Below are positions 36,206-44,398 of a stretch of 64,000 nucleotides of DNA, piece by piece. The translations under genes and the position numbers were made by a program. The stretch lies in assembly GCA_963666975.2 (NCBI GenBank), contig CAXVYR010000004.1:1312001-1376000 (forward strand). Reading direction: 5' to 3'. Every line of letters starts with the position of its first letter. Position 1 is the stretch's first letter. This DNA is from Terriglobia bacterium (lineage in GTDB: Bacteria > Acidobacteriota > Terriglobia > 2-12-FULL-54-10). The notes beneath the pieces are model-generated. The model was not told the origin of the DNA. It searched no databases and saw only the letters and a list, made by a program, of their open reading frames with translations.

Positions 36206-38905
36206 ATGAGCGAAAAATTTATCTATTTTTTTGCGGAGGGCAAGGCGGATGGCCACGGCCGGATGAAGGATGTACTGGGGGGCAAAGGAGCCGGACTGGC
36301 CGAGATGACCAACGCCGGCCTGCCCGTTCCTCCCGGCTTCACGATCTCCACCGCCGTCTGCCGCCTGTATTTTGAAAAGAAAGGAAAGCTGCCCCCGGAA
36401 TTGGATGAACAGACCAGCCAGGCCATCGCCCGCCTGGAAAAGGTGACCGGGCAGCGGCTCGGCTCGCGGGAGAATCCGCTGCTGGTGAGTGTTCGCTCCG
36501 GCGCTAAATTTTCGATGCCCGGAATGATGGACACCATCCTGAACCTGGGGCTGAATGACGAAACGACGCAGACGCTAGCCACCAGGACTCACAACCCCCG
36601 GTTTGCCTACGACTGTTACCGCCGCTTCCTCCAGATGTTCGGCAATGTAGTGTTGGAAGTCTCCAAAGCCGATTTCGACCGCATCTTCGAAGGCATCAAG
36701 AAAAAGCGCAAAGTTGTTTCCGACGCGGACCTCGATGCGAAGGCCCTCCAGGAGGTGATCCGGGACTATAAGAAGCTGGTGCAGAAAAAAACCGGCTCGC
36801 CCTTCCCGCAGGACGCACGGCAGCAGCTCGCCATGTCGAGGGACGCCGTGTTCCGCTCCTGGTATAACCCCAGGGCCGGCCACTACCGGCGCATGAACAA
36901 CATCCCCGATACGCTGGGGACCGCCGTGAACATCCAGACTATGGTCTTTGGGAATCTAGGGGAGTCGAGCGGCACGGGCGTCGGCTTCACGCGCAATCCC
37001 TCCACCGGAGAGAAGGAGTTCTACGGAGAGTTCCTGATGAACGCGCAGGGCGAGGACGTGGTGGCGGGCATCCGCACGCCGTTGCACATTGGCGAGTTGC
37101 AGTCGCTTCTGCCGGAGGTCTATGACCAACTGCGCGAGACCACTTCGCGTCTGGAACTGCACTACCGGGACGTGCAGGATTTTGAGTTCACCATCCAGGA
37201 TAAAAAACTCTACATGCTGCAAACCCGCAACGGCAAGCGCACCGGCAAGGCAGCGGTCAAAATCGCCGTGGACATGATGAACGAGGGATTGCTGACCAAG
37301 CAAGAAGCCCTCATGCGCGTCGAGCCCGCGCAGTTGGACCAACTGTTGCATCCTATTCTTGATGAGAGGGGTTCCGTGAAGGTCATCGCCCGTGGACTGC
37401 CGGCCTCGCCCGGCGCTGCTGTGGGAGAGGTGGTGTTCACGGCCGATGATGCGGTCCAACTCGGAAAGAAAACCCCGGTCATCCTGGTGCGGGCCGAGAC
37501 CGTGCCGGACGACATTCACGGGATGGAGGCCGCCGCCGGCATCCTGACTTCCCGGGGCGGCATGACCAGCCACGCAGCGGTGGTGACGCGCGGAATGGGC
37601 AAGTGCTGCGTCGCCGGCTGCGGAGCCATCCAGGTGGATGAGAAAAACAAGAGGATGAAGGTGGACGGGCGGGTCCTCAAGCAGGGAGAGTGGATCTCGC
37701 TCGATGGCTCCACCGGCCGCGTGATCTTGGGAAAGATGCCCACCGTGGACCCGGACCCCGCCAGCGGCGAGTTTGCCCAGTTCATGAGCTGGGCTGATGA
37801 ATTTCGCAAATTGGGCGTGCGCGCCAATGCCGACATACCGCGCGACGCCAAGGTGGCACGGCGCTACGGAGCCGAGGGAATCGGATTGTGCCGAACCGAG
37901 CATATGTTTTTTGCCGAGGACCGCATCCGCCACATGCAGGCCATGATCCTGGCGGATACAGAGAAAGAAAGGCGGCGTTACCTGGCCAAGCTTCTTCCCA
38001 TGCAGCGCAAAGACTTTGTGGGACTGTTCCGCGTGATGGAGGGCTTGCCGGTCATCATTCGTCTGCTCGATCCTCCTCTGCATGAGTTTTTACCCAAGCG
38101 GGAAGAGTTGATGGTGGAGGTAGCTCTGCTGAAGCAGAAAACTCCGCGCTCGAAGAAGCTCAAGGAACGGGAAGCTTTGCTGGCCAGAGTGGAACAGCTC
38201 CATGAACTAAACCCCATGCTGGGACTGCGTGGTTGCCGCCTGGGAATCCTGTACCCGGAAATCTCCGAGATGCAGGCCCGCGCCATCTTTGAAGCCGCTT
38301 GCACCGTTGCACGGGAAGGGAAGAAGGTGATTCCAGAGATCATGATTCCCCTGGTCAGCAGCCGCCAGGAATTGGGCCTGCAAAAACAGATCGTGGACCG
38401 GGTGGCCGGAGAAGTCTTCGAGAAGCAAAAGTCCCGCGTGGACTACATGACGGGAACCATGATTGAGTTGCCACGGGCCGCGTTGGTGGCCGATGAGATT
38501 GCCCAGGAGGCCGACTTCTTCAGCTTCGGCACCAACGACCTGACCCAGACTACTTTCGGTTTCTCCCGTGATGACAGCGGAACGTTCCTCGAAGCCTACA
38601 CCCGCCAAGCCATCTTGCAGCATGACCCCTTTGCCGTGCTGGACCGCTCGGGCGTCGGCCAACTGATTCGGATGGCTGCGGAGCGAGGCCGTCGCAGCAA
38701 GCCTGGATTAGAAGTCGGTATATGCGGAGAGCACGGCGGCGATCCCAGCTCGGTCGAATTCTGCCATCAAGTGGGGTTGGACTACGTGAGTTGCTCGCCG
38801 TACCGCGTCCCCATTGCGCGCCTCGCAGCGGCCCAGGCCGCCCTGCAAGATACATTGCAAGGCACATTGGAGGATCAGGGAGAAGAGAGGCAGCGGACTG
38901 CGTAA
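36206..38905 (+). CDS. ppdK: Pyruvate, phosphate dikinase
   Basis: LGGKGAGLAEM, SVRSGA..SMPGMMDT, RGGMTSHAAVV, GIGLCRTEHMF, FSFGTNDLTQ, GICGEHGG. Confidence 0.98.
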   Translation: MSEKFIYFFAEGKADGHGRMKDVLGGKGAGLAEMTNAGLPVPPGFTISTAVCRLYFEKKGKLPPELDEQTSQAIARLEKVTGQRLGSRENPLLVSVRSGAKFSMPGMMDTILNLGLNDETTQTLATRTHNPRFAYDCYRRFLQMFGNVVLEVSKADFDRIFEGIKKKRKVVSDADLDAKALQEVIRDYKKLVQKKTGSPFPQDARQQLAMSRDAVFRSWYNPRAGHYRRMNNIPDTLGTAVNIQTMVFGNLGESSGTGVGFTRNPSTGEKEFYGEFLMNAQGEDVVAGIRTPLHIGELQSLLPEVYDQLRETTSRLELHYRDVQDFEFTIQDKKLYMLQTRNGKRTGKAAVKIAVDMMNEGLLTKQEALMRVEPAQLDQLLHPILDERGSVKVIARGLPASPGAAVGEVVFTADDAVQLGKKTPVILVRAETVPDDIHGMEAAAGILTSRGGMTSHAAVVTRGMGKCCVAGCGAIQVDEKNKRMKVDGRVLKQGEWISLDGSTGRVILGKMPTVDPDPASGEFAQFMSWADEFRKLGVRANADIPRDAKVARRYGAEGIGLCRTEHMFFAEDRIRHMQAMILADTEKERRRYLAKLLPMQRKDFVGLFRVMEGLPVIIRLLDPPLHEFLPKREELMVEVALLKQKTPRSKKLKEREALLARVEQLHELNPMLGLRGCRLGILYPEISEMQARAIFEAACTVAREGKKVIPEIMIPLVSSRQELGLQKQIVDRVAGEVFEKQKSRVDYMTGTMIELPRAALVADEIAQEADFFSFGTNDLTQTTFGFSRDDSGTFLEAYTRQAILQHDPFAVLDRSGVGQLIRMAAERGRRSKPGLEVGICGEHGGDPSSVEFCHQVGLDYVSCSPYRVPIARLAAAQAALQDTLQGTLEDQGEERQRTA

Positions 38906-38960
38906 CAACGTCCATTCACGCCAATTCCCGCAGTGCAAATTGCTTTGGCGGCAGGCCCTA

Positions 38961-39011
38961 CTCCATCTCCGGCATCATTCCATCTCCGGCGTCACTCCAT
39001 CTCCGGCATCA
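38961..39011. repeat. 17-bp tandem repeat x3 reiterating the 3' end of the 58-aa gene
   Basis: ctccatctccggcatca ttccatctccggcgtca ctccatctccggcatca. Confidence 0.9.
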
Positions 39012-39168
39012 GGGCGACGGGTTCGCCGAGGTTCCACTGCGCCCAGTGCAGGTTCATGTCGGCGAGCTTGAGCGTGCGCTCGATCATCGGCAGGTCGGTC
39101 CCTTCGATCACCTCGCCCAGCAAGGCCCGCGCCTGAGCGATGCGCTGTAGCATCTGTTCCCGTTCCAC
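38992..39168 (-). CDS. Small hypothetical protein, 58 aa (below the ORF-track cutoff)
   Basis: AGGAGG RBS then GTG: MEREQMLQRIAQARALLGEVIEGTDLPMIERTLKLADMNLHWAQWNLGEPVALMPEME; GC-rich third positions like the upstream ligase. Confidence 0.8.
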   Translation of the reverse strand: MEREQMLQRIAQARALLGEVIEGTDLPMIERTLKLADMNLHWAQWNLGEPVALMPEME

Positions 39169-39191
39169 GGTTGTTCCTCCTGAAAGATGGT

Positions 39192-39352
39192 CCGCTCCCT
39201 TGCGGTCGCGGCTCTGATTTCTTTTCGCACATATGGCGGCACAGTTAAAACCGTGCCCTGACGTAAAGCACCCGCTCCTTCACAGTCGCGGCTCGGATTC
39301 ATTTTAATCACGCTCGACTGTGTTGGTCCGCTCCCTTGCGGTCGCGGCTCTG
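39192..39352 (-). repeat. REP cluster: three family A copies plus one family C copy
   Basis: CCGCTCCCTTGCGGTCGCGGCTCTG (39192, 39328), CCGCTCCTTCACAGTCGCGGCTCGG (39272), GGCACAGTTAAAACCGTGCCCTGAC (39238). Confidence 0.9.
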
Positions 39353-39357
39353 ATTGC

Positions 39358-40725
39358 TTACTCGCGGTCCAATGCACGGCGGACTTCCTTGGGGCGCTGG
39401 TCCACAATCCGGCGCGTCTTCAGCTCGTAGCGCGGCAGCGTGCCCGGCGCGACCAACTCCACCTCCAGCCGGACTTTCAATGCATCACGGACCCGTTCGT
39501 CGATTCGGCTGGACAGCTCACCGTAACGGTCCTGCGGCAGGTCCGTCTGCGGCTCGGCGCGCACGCACATGCGGTCCATGCCGCTGACGCGCGTCAGCAC
39601 CAGCTCGTAGTGGCTGCTGACGCCATCCATTTGGCCGATGACGTTCTCGACCGCCGACTGATAGACGTTGGTGCCCCGGATCGTCACCATAAAATCGGTC
39701 CGCCCCAGCACAACGCCTTTCAGAAACGCCCAGGTCCGCCCGCATGCGCAACTGTTGTGGCGCTCCACCAAGTCGTGCGTGCGATAGTTGAGCAGCGGCT
39801 GTGCGCTGTTGACATAGGTGGTGAGGATGTTCTCGCCGATCTCTCCCTCGGCGACTTCCTTGCCCGTGGCCGGGTCGCGGCTCCAGGAATAGACGCTGGT
39901 CTCATCCACGTGGACGCCCTCGCGCGTGGGACAGCCGGGCGCAAAGGCGTGCACCTCAGCGACGCCCAGCAGCTCGCCGGAGATAGAGCCCCATTCCTTG
40001 TCCAACTGTTTCCGCATCGCCGGAATGGCGCACGGGCCGGGCTCGCCGGCATGGTATGTGTATTTCAGCGAAAGCCCGGCCGGGTCGACGCCCATCCGGC
40101 GCGCCACCTCGGCCAGGTGCAGGGCGTAGGTGGGCGTTGAGACCAGCACGGTGGGCTTCAGGCGCTGGATCATCTTGATGTGGCCTTCCGAATTCTGGCC
40201 GCCGCCGGAGTAGAGCGTCGCACCCAAGCGGCGCACGCCCCAGTAGGCGCTCCAGAAGCCGGAGAACAGGCCCCAGCCGAAGGCGAAGTAAAAGCTGTCG
40301 CGGGGCCGTATGCCCACGGCCCAAAAGCCGTAGTTCCAGGACTCGCCGTACCGCTCGGTGTCGTAGGTGGTGAAAGGGATGCCGAGCGGGACGCCGGTGG
40401 TGCCCGAGGTCTCGCAGTGATGCGCGATATGGTCGGCGGGCAGCGACAGGGTGTCGCCGTAGTGCGGCCGCTCCTGTTGCAGCAGGATGAACTCGGATTT
40501 GTCGGTGACCGGCACCTTGCGCTTGAAGTCCTCAAGTGTTTGGATGTCGTCCGGGCGGACACCCGCCTGGTCAAGCTTGCGGCGGTAAAAGGCGCTGGTT
40601 GCGTAGGCGTGCGCCAGCACGGCCTTCACGCGATGCAGGTGGAGACGGTCAAGCTGCTCGCGCGGCATTGTCTCGTAGTAACGGTTCCAGAAGGGGCTGT
40701 CTTGATTGCGCAGGAAGGGACGCAT
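39358..40725 (-). CDS. Phenylacetate-CoA ligase (PaaK)-like adenylate-forming enzyme
   Basis: ETSGTTGVP, STPTYALHL, AGEP, PLLNYRTHD, GRTDFMVTIRGTNVY, LPRYELKTRR. Confidence 0.88.
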   Translation of the reverse strand: MRPFLRNQDSPFWNRYYETMPREQLDRLHLHRVKAVLAHAYATSAFYRRKLDQAGVRPDDIQTLEDFKRKVPVTDKSEFILLQQERPHYGDTLSLPADHIAHHCETSGTTGVPLGIPFTTYDTERYGESWNYGFWAVGIRPRDSFYFAFGWGLFSGFWSAYWGVRRLGATLYSGGGQNSEGHIKMIQRLKPTVLVSTPTYALHLAEVARRMGVDPAGLSLKYTYHAGEPGPCAIPAMRKQLDKEWGSISGELLGVAEVHAFAPGCPTREGVHVDETSVYSWSRDPATGKEVAEGEIGENILTTYVNSAQPLLNYRTHDLVERHNSCACGRTWAFLKGVVLGRTDFMVTIRGTNVYQSAVENVIGQMDGVSSHYELVLTRVSGMDRMCVRAEPQTDLPQDRYGELSSRIDERVRDALKVRLEVELVAPGTLPRYELKTRRIVDQRPKEVRRALDRE

Positions 40726-40901
40726 GAAAGTGCGACGATCTCCTTTCGAGCTTGCATGCCGATTGAACGGAAAAGAGGGTGGCAGGCCGCCCCGCGCCAT
40801 ATTCTAGGGGCGTAAGAAGGGCATGTCAAATGGGGAGTTTTACGGGGTTTTGTGTTTCGACCGTCATGATTTGCTGAAGCACCAAGGAAAGAGCCTATCA
40901 G

Positions 40902-41120
40902 TCATCGTGCCACAGTGACCTTCTGCACACCAATGAACTCCAGTGGCTCCGTACTCTGCTTCTCCACTTCGAGGTAGAGCTCAACGGCCTCCCGGATTCG
41001 CTCCATCAGTTTATCTAAGGACTTCGCCTGTGTGTGACAGCCAGGAAGAGCAGGGACAGAAGCCACATAGTAGCCCTCTGCATCGCGCTCGATCACTACG
41101 TTGAACTCTTTGATCTTCAT
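40902..41120 (-). CDS. hicB: HicB-family antitoxin (partner reduced to a 13-codon stub at 40864-40905)
   Basis: FNVVIERDAEGYYVASVPALPGCHTQAKSLDKLMERIREAVELYLE; ATGA-coupled MTDRLFPWCFSKS*. Confidence 0.9.
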   Translation of the reverse strand: MKIKEFNVVIERDAEGYYVASVPALPGCHTQAKSLDKLMERIREAVELYLEVEKQSTEPLEFIGVQKVTVAR

Positions 41121-41154
41121 AGGCTCTCCCTTCGCCGTCCGGGAAACTTCTACT

Positions 41155-41202
41155 CCCTACCATTGCATCATAAATCCGGTCCATTTCATCCCGCGAATGG
41201 AA
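41155..41202 (-). pseudogene. Diverged third copy of the parB C-terminus
   Basis: FHSRDEMDRIYDAMVG versus ParB FYSQQDLDRIYSVIVG. Confidence 0.6.
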
Positions 41203-41217
41203 AACCATTCAGTGTCC

Positions 41218-41331
41218 TCACTGCTGTCCCACAATCACGCTGTAGATGCGGTCCAGGTCCTGCTGGGAATAATATTTGATCTCAATTTTGCCCCGGGTGC
41301 TTTTGCCGACCATCCGCACGCGGGTGCCGAG
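41218..41331 (-). pseudogene. Displaced second copy of the parB 3' end (114 bp)
   Basis: LGTRVRMVGKSTRGKIEIKYYSQQDLDRIYSVIVGQQ* versus 41685-41798 LGTRVRMVGKGKQGRIEIEFYSQQDLDRIYSVIVGQQ*. Confidence 0.95.
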
Positions 41332-41369
41332 CAAAGAGTCCCGTCCTGTTATTGGATCACTCGAAGGCT

Positions 41370-41633
41370 TCAGAGAGAGTAGACAGGCACGCGAACTTCG
41401 CGCTTGGCCTTCCGGCGTCCGGCAACGGTCTCTTCGATGGTCTTGAGCACGTTGGCCGAATAGTATCGGGTCCCGCACTCCGTGCAGACGCCGGTGGGAA
41501 CGTTTTCGATGACGATATATTTTCCTTTGACTCTGCGGGACAGATCACTCTTTTTTTCCCGGATGACTCCGCGACAGTATTCGCAACGCTCCCGGTCCCA
41601 AAAACCCAATGCTTTCTCTCGTTTTCTCATCAC
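41370..41633 (-). CDS. YgiT-type zinc-finger protein (MqsA-like antitoxin N-domain)
   Basis: CEYCRG...YIVIENVPTGVCTECGTRYYSANV. Confidence 0.85.
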   Translation of the reverse strand: MMRKREKALGFWDRERCEYCRGVIREKKSDLSRRVKGKYIVIENVPTGVCTECGTRYYSANVLKTIEETVAGRRKAKREVRVPVYSL

Positions 41634-41684
41634 TTGGGTTGTGTGATCCTTGGTTCCCAGCGTGAAGCATCTGCGGTTCGGATT

Positions 41685-42566
41685 TTACTGCTGTCCCACA
41701 ATCACGCTGTAGATGCGGTCGAGGTCTTGCTGGGAATAAAACTCGATCTCGATTCTGCCCTGTTTGCCTTTGCCGACCATCCGCACGCGGGTGCCGAGTG
41801 CCCGCTCCATATGCTGAATCGCTTCGCGGATATTAGGGTCCGGGATCACCGCAATGGGTTTCGGTTTCCTGGCGCTGTGCGACTTGGTCAGCGCCTCGGT
41901 TTGCCGCACCGAGAGGCCCTGGGCGACGATGCGGGCGGCCAAAGCCTTTTGCGCGGCCTCATCCGGCAAGGCCAGCAGCGCCCTGGCATGGCCCATGGAA
42001 AGCTCCCCGGCGGCCACACGGCGGCGCACCTCGTCCGGCAGCCTCAACAGACGCAACACATTCGTCACGGTAGCGCGATCCTTGCCGGTGCGGCTGGCGA
42101 TCTGCTCATGGCTCAACTGATGCTCGCGACCCAAGCGCGAGAGGGCCACGGCCATCTCAATGGGGTTCAGGTCCTCGCGCTGGATATTCTCAATCAGGGT
42201 CAGCTCTGGCAACTCATTGCCTTGCACATTCCGTACAATGGCCGGAACCGTCGTTATGCCAGCCAAGGCGCAAGCGCGCCAGCGGCGCTCCCCGGCAATC
42301 ATCACATATCGTTGTCCGTTGGGACGTACCACAACAGGCTGCACCACCCCATGCAGCTTGATGCTCTCGGCAAGCTCGGCCATGCGTTCCGGGTGAAAAT
42401 GTCGGCGGGATTGGTGAGGGCTGGGGTCGATACGCGTCAGTTCAATCTGTCGCACTCCTTCGACGGAGGACGCAGGGGGTAATAATGCTTCCAAACCTCG
42501 CCCCAATCCTCTTCTCGGAGTGGAAGAAACTGCCTTTTTAGGGGTTGCAGATGCGTTTGAGTCCAT
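41685..42566 (-). CDS. parB: Chromosome partitioning protein ParB/Spo0J
   Basis: GLGRGLEALL, GVVQPVVVR, IAGERRWRA, LIENIQREDLNPIE, LSMGHARALL. Confidence 0.97.
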   Translation of the reverse strand: MDSNASATPKKAVSSTPRRGLGRGLEALLPPASSVEGVRQIELTRIDPSPHQSRRHFHPERMAELAESIKLHGVVQPVVVRPNGQRYVMIAGERRWRACALAGITTVPAIVRNVQGNELPELTLIENIQREDLNPIEMAVALSRLGREHQLSHEQIASRTGKDRATVTNVLRLLRLPDEVRRRVAAGELSMGHARALLALPDEAAQKALAARIVAQGLSVRQTEALTKSHSARKPKPIAVIPDPNIREAIQHMERALGTRVRMVGKGKQGRIEIEFYSQQDLDRIYSVIVGQQ

Positions 42567-42580
42567 CGTTCAGGCCTCCT

Positions 42581-43510
42581 TCAGGGTGAATTTCCGCGAA
42601 TGTATCTTTTGAGTGACTCCCCCGGTTGACAAATCTCGGTTGGTGATCCCTTAGTTAGTGACTCTCCGGCTGCTGCCTCACTCAGTTGAGGCTCCCCAGT
42701 TTGCATGTTCCGGGAGAGGACCTCCTTGGCGAGACGGATGTAGCACTCGGCGCCGCGGGAGCGCACGTCGTAGAGCAGTATGGGCTGGCCGTAGCTGGGG
42801 GCCTCAGCTAGGCGGATGTTACGGGGGATAACCGTCTCGAACACTTTGCTCGGAAAGTGGCGGCGCAGCTCCTCGGCCACCTGCCGCGCCAGGATGGTGC
42901 GGTCGTCGAACATCGTCAGGAGGATTCCCTCCAGCTCAATTCGCGGGTTGAAGCTGGCACGAATCCGCTCCGTGGTGTCCATCAGCGCCGACACGCCCTC
43001 CAGAGACAAATACTCACACTGAATGGGAACCAGAAAAGAGTCGGCAGCGACCAGAGCACATACCGTCAGCAGGCCGAGCGCCGGAGGGCAGTCCAGAAAG
43101 ATGTAGTCATATTCCGCTTTCAGCGGCTCCAGGAGTTGCCGGAGCCAAAATTCCCTTCCCTCGCGAGCGATCAACTCAATGTCGGCCCCGGCCAGGTCAC
43201 GGTCCGCAGGGAGCAGGAAGAGGCCTTCGACGCATGTCGGTTGTATGGCGAGGCTCAATTGTGAATCGCCGTTTGTGCTGACAAGCTCCTCAACACGAAG
43301 TTGCTGAGGATCGTTGACAAGAACGTGATAGAGGGAGCGCCGCGCGGGGTCTCTGGGAAAGCCCAGGCTGGCGGTGCTGTTCGATTGCGGATCGCAGTCC
43401 ACGAGCAACACGCGGAGTTCCGCAGCGGCCAGCGATGCCGCCAGATTGATGGAGGTAGTGGTCTTGCCGACCCCCCCTTTTTGATTGGCTACGGCAATGA
43501 TCTTTCCCAA
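42581..43510 (-). CDS. parA: Chromosome partitioning ATPase ParA/Soj
   Basis: [41 protein letters not shown]. Confidence 0.97.
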   Translation of the reverse strand: MGKIIAVANQKGGVGKTTTSINLAASLAAAELRVLLVDCDPQSNSTASLGFPRDPARRSLYHVLVNDPQQLRVEELVSTNGDSQLSLAIQPTCVEGLFLLPADRDLAGADIELIAREGREFWLRQLLEPLKAEYDYIFLDCPPALGLLTVCALVAADSFLVPIQCEYLSLEGVSALMDTTERIRASFNPRIELEGILLTMFDDRTILARQVAEELRRHFPSKVFETVIPRNIRLAEAPSYGQPILLYDVRSRGAECYIRLAKEVLSRNMQTGEPQLSEAAAGESLTKGSPTEICQPGESLKRYIRGNSP

Positions 43511-43639
43511 AAGTACACCGCACTCTACGGTGATCGCTCTACCGCTAGGGCCTCACCGGAGCCTGCTATACCAAATATTGTGTAGAATCTATCAGGTGTG
43601 CAGAGACAAGTAAAGAGGACTTTTCCGGCAGGCGGGCTT

Positions 43640-43671
43640 TGGGGCAATGTTCCACGTGGAACATTGCCCCA
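43640..43671. promoter_or_regulatory. parS: parS site (43648-43663) within a 32-bp perfect palindrome
   Basis: TGGGGCAA-TGTTCCACGTGGAACA-TTGCCCCA between rsmG and parA. Confidence 0.9.
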
Positions 43672-43673
43672 GA

Positions 43674-44342
43674 CTATTCATTAACGGCTGAAGCAAGCCG
43701 CCCTGTCAGAATCACGCGGCGCTCGGAATGCGGGATCGCAACCGGCTCCTCCCAATGAAAGCCGGGAGCTTTCGCCAGCTTCGCGGCGTCATTCTCGCCT
43801 ACGAACAAGGCTATCTGTCCGTCCTTTTGCAGGAGCCTACCTAGATCGTCCAGCACATCGGCGGTGGCAGCGACAGCGCGCATGGTGACCAACGACGCGC
43901 ATGCTGCCAGCTTCCCTCGCGCCGTTTCCGACAATCTTTCCGCTCGAATCTCCATTCCTTCGAGCGCACAACTACGGACCACTTCCTTTAGAAATGCTGC
44001 TTTCTTCTTGTTTGGTTCCAGCAGGACAGTCCTCACAGCAGGAAGGGCCACCTTCAGCGGCAGCCCCGGAAATCCTGCCCCGGAGCCGACATCCACTATC
44101 AATCTCGTTGCCGGTGGCATCATGCCCGTAGCCTGCGGCAACAACTTTGCCAGGAACAGTGACTCTTCAAAATGCCGCGTGGCGATCTGTTCTGGACGGC
44201 GCAAGGCGGTGAGGTTCACCCTCTGGCTCCATCGAACCAGCAAAGCAAAATGCGTGGTGAGCTGATCGAGTTGGCGGTCGCTGAGATCAAGCTCCAAGCC
44301 GAACGCCGCTTCGCGCAGCAACTTCTCATACCAGGATTTCAT
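43674..44342 (-). CDS. rsmG: 16S rRNA m7G527 methyltransferase
   Basis: NLTAL, RHFEESL, DVGSGAGFPGLPL, KKAAFL, MRAV; lies between mnmG and parA. Confidence 0.95.
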   Translation of the reverse strand: MKSWYEKLLREAAFGLELDLSDRQLDQLTTHFALLVRWSQRVNLTALRRPEQIATRHFEESLFLAKLLPQATGMMPPATRLIVDVGSGAGFPGLPLKVALPAVRTVLLEPNKKKAAFLKEVVRSCALEGMEIRAERLSETARGKLAACASLVTMRAVAATADVLDDLGRLLQKDGQIALFVGENDAAKLAKAPGFHWEEPVAIPHSERRVILTGRLASAVNE

Positions 44343-44398
44343 GAAAGGGTGTTTGGGATCAATTGCCGTATATCGTACACGGATGCCTCACGAATGCC

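Noticed and set aside
32191-38905. recO-glyQ-glyS-ppdK as a novel association
   Set aside because: This gene order is common in several bacterial phyla.
38961-39011. 17-bp x3 repeat as CRISPR or iterons
   Set aside because: No spacers and no rep gene; it reiterates the end of the 58-aa gene.
41218-41478. 86-aa ORF as an independent gene
   Set aside because: Chimera of an alternative frame of the zinc-finger gene and the displaced parB end.
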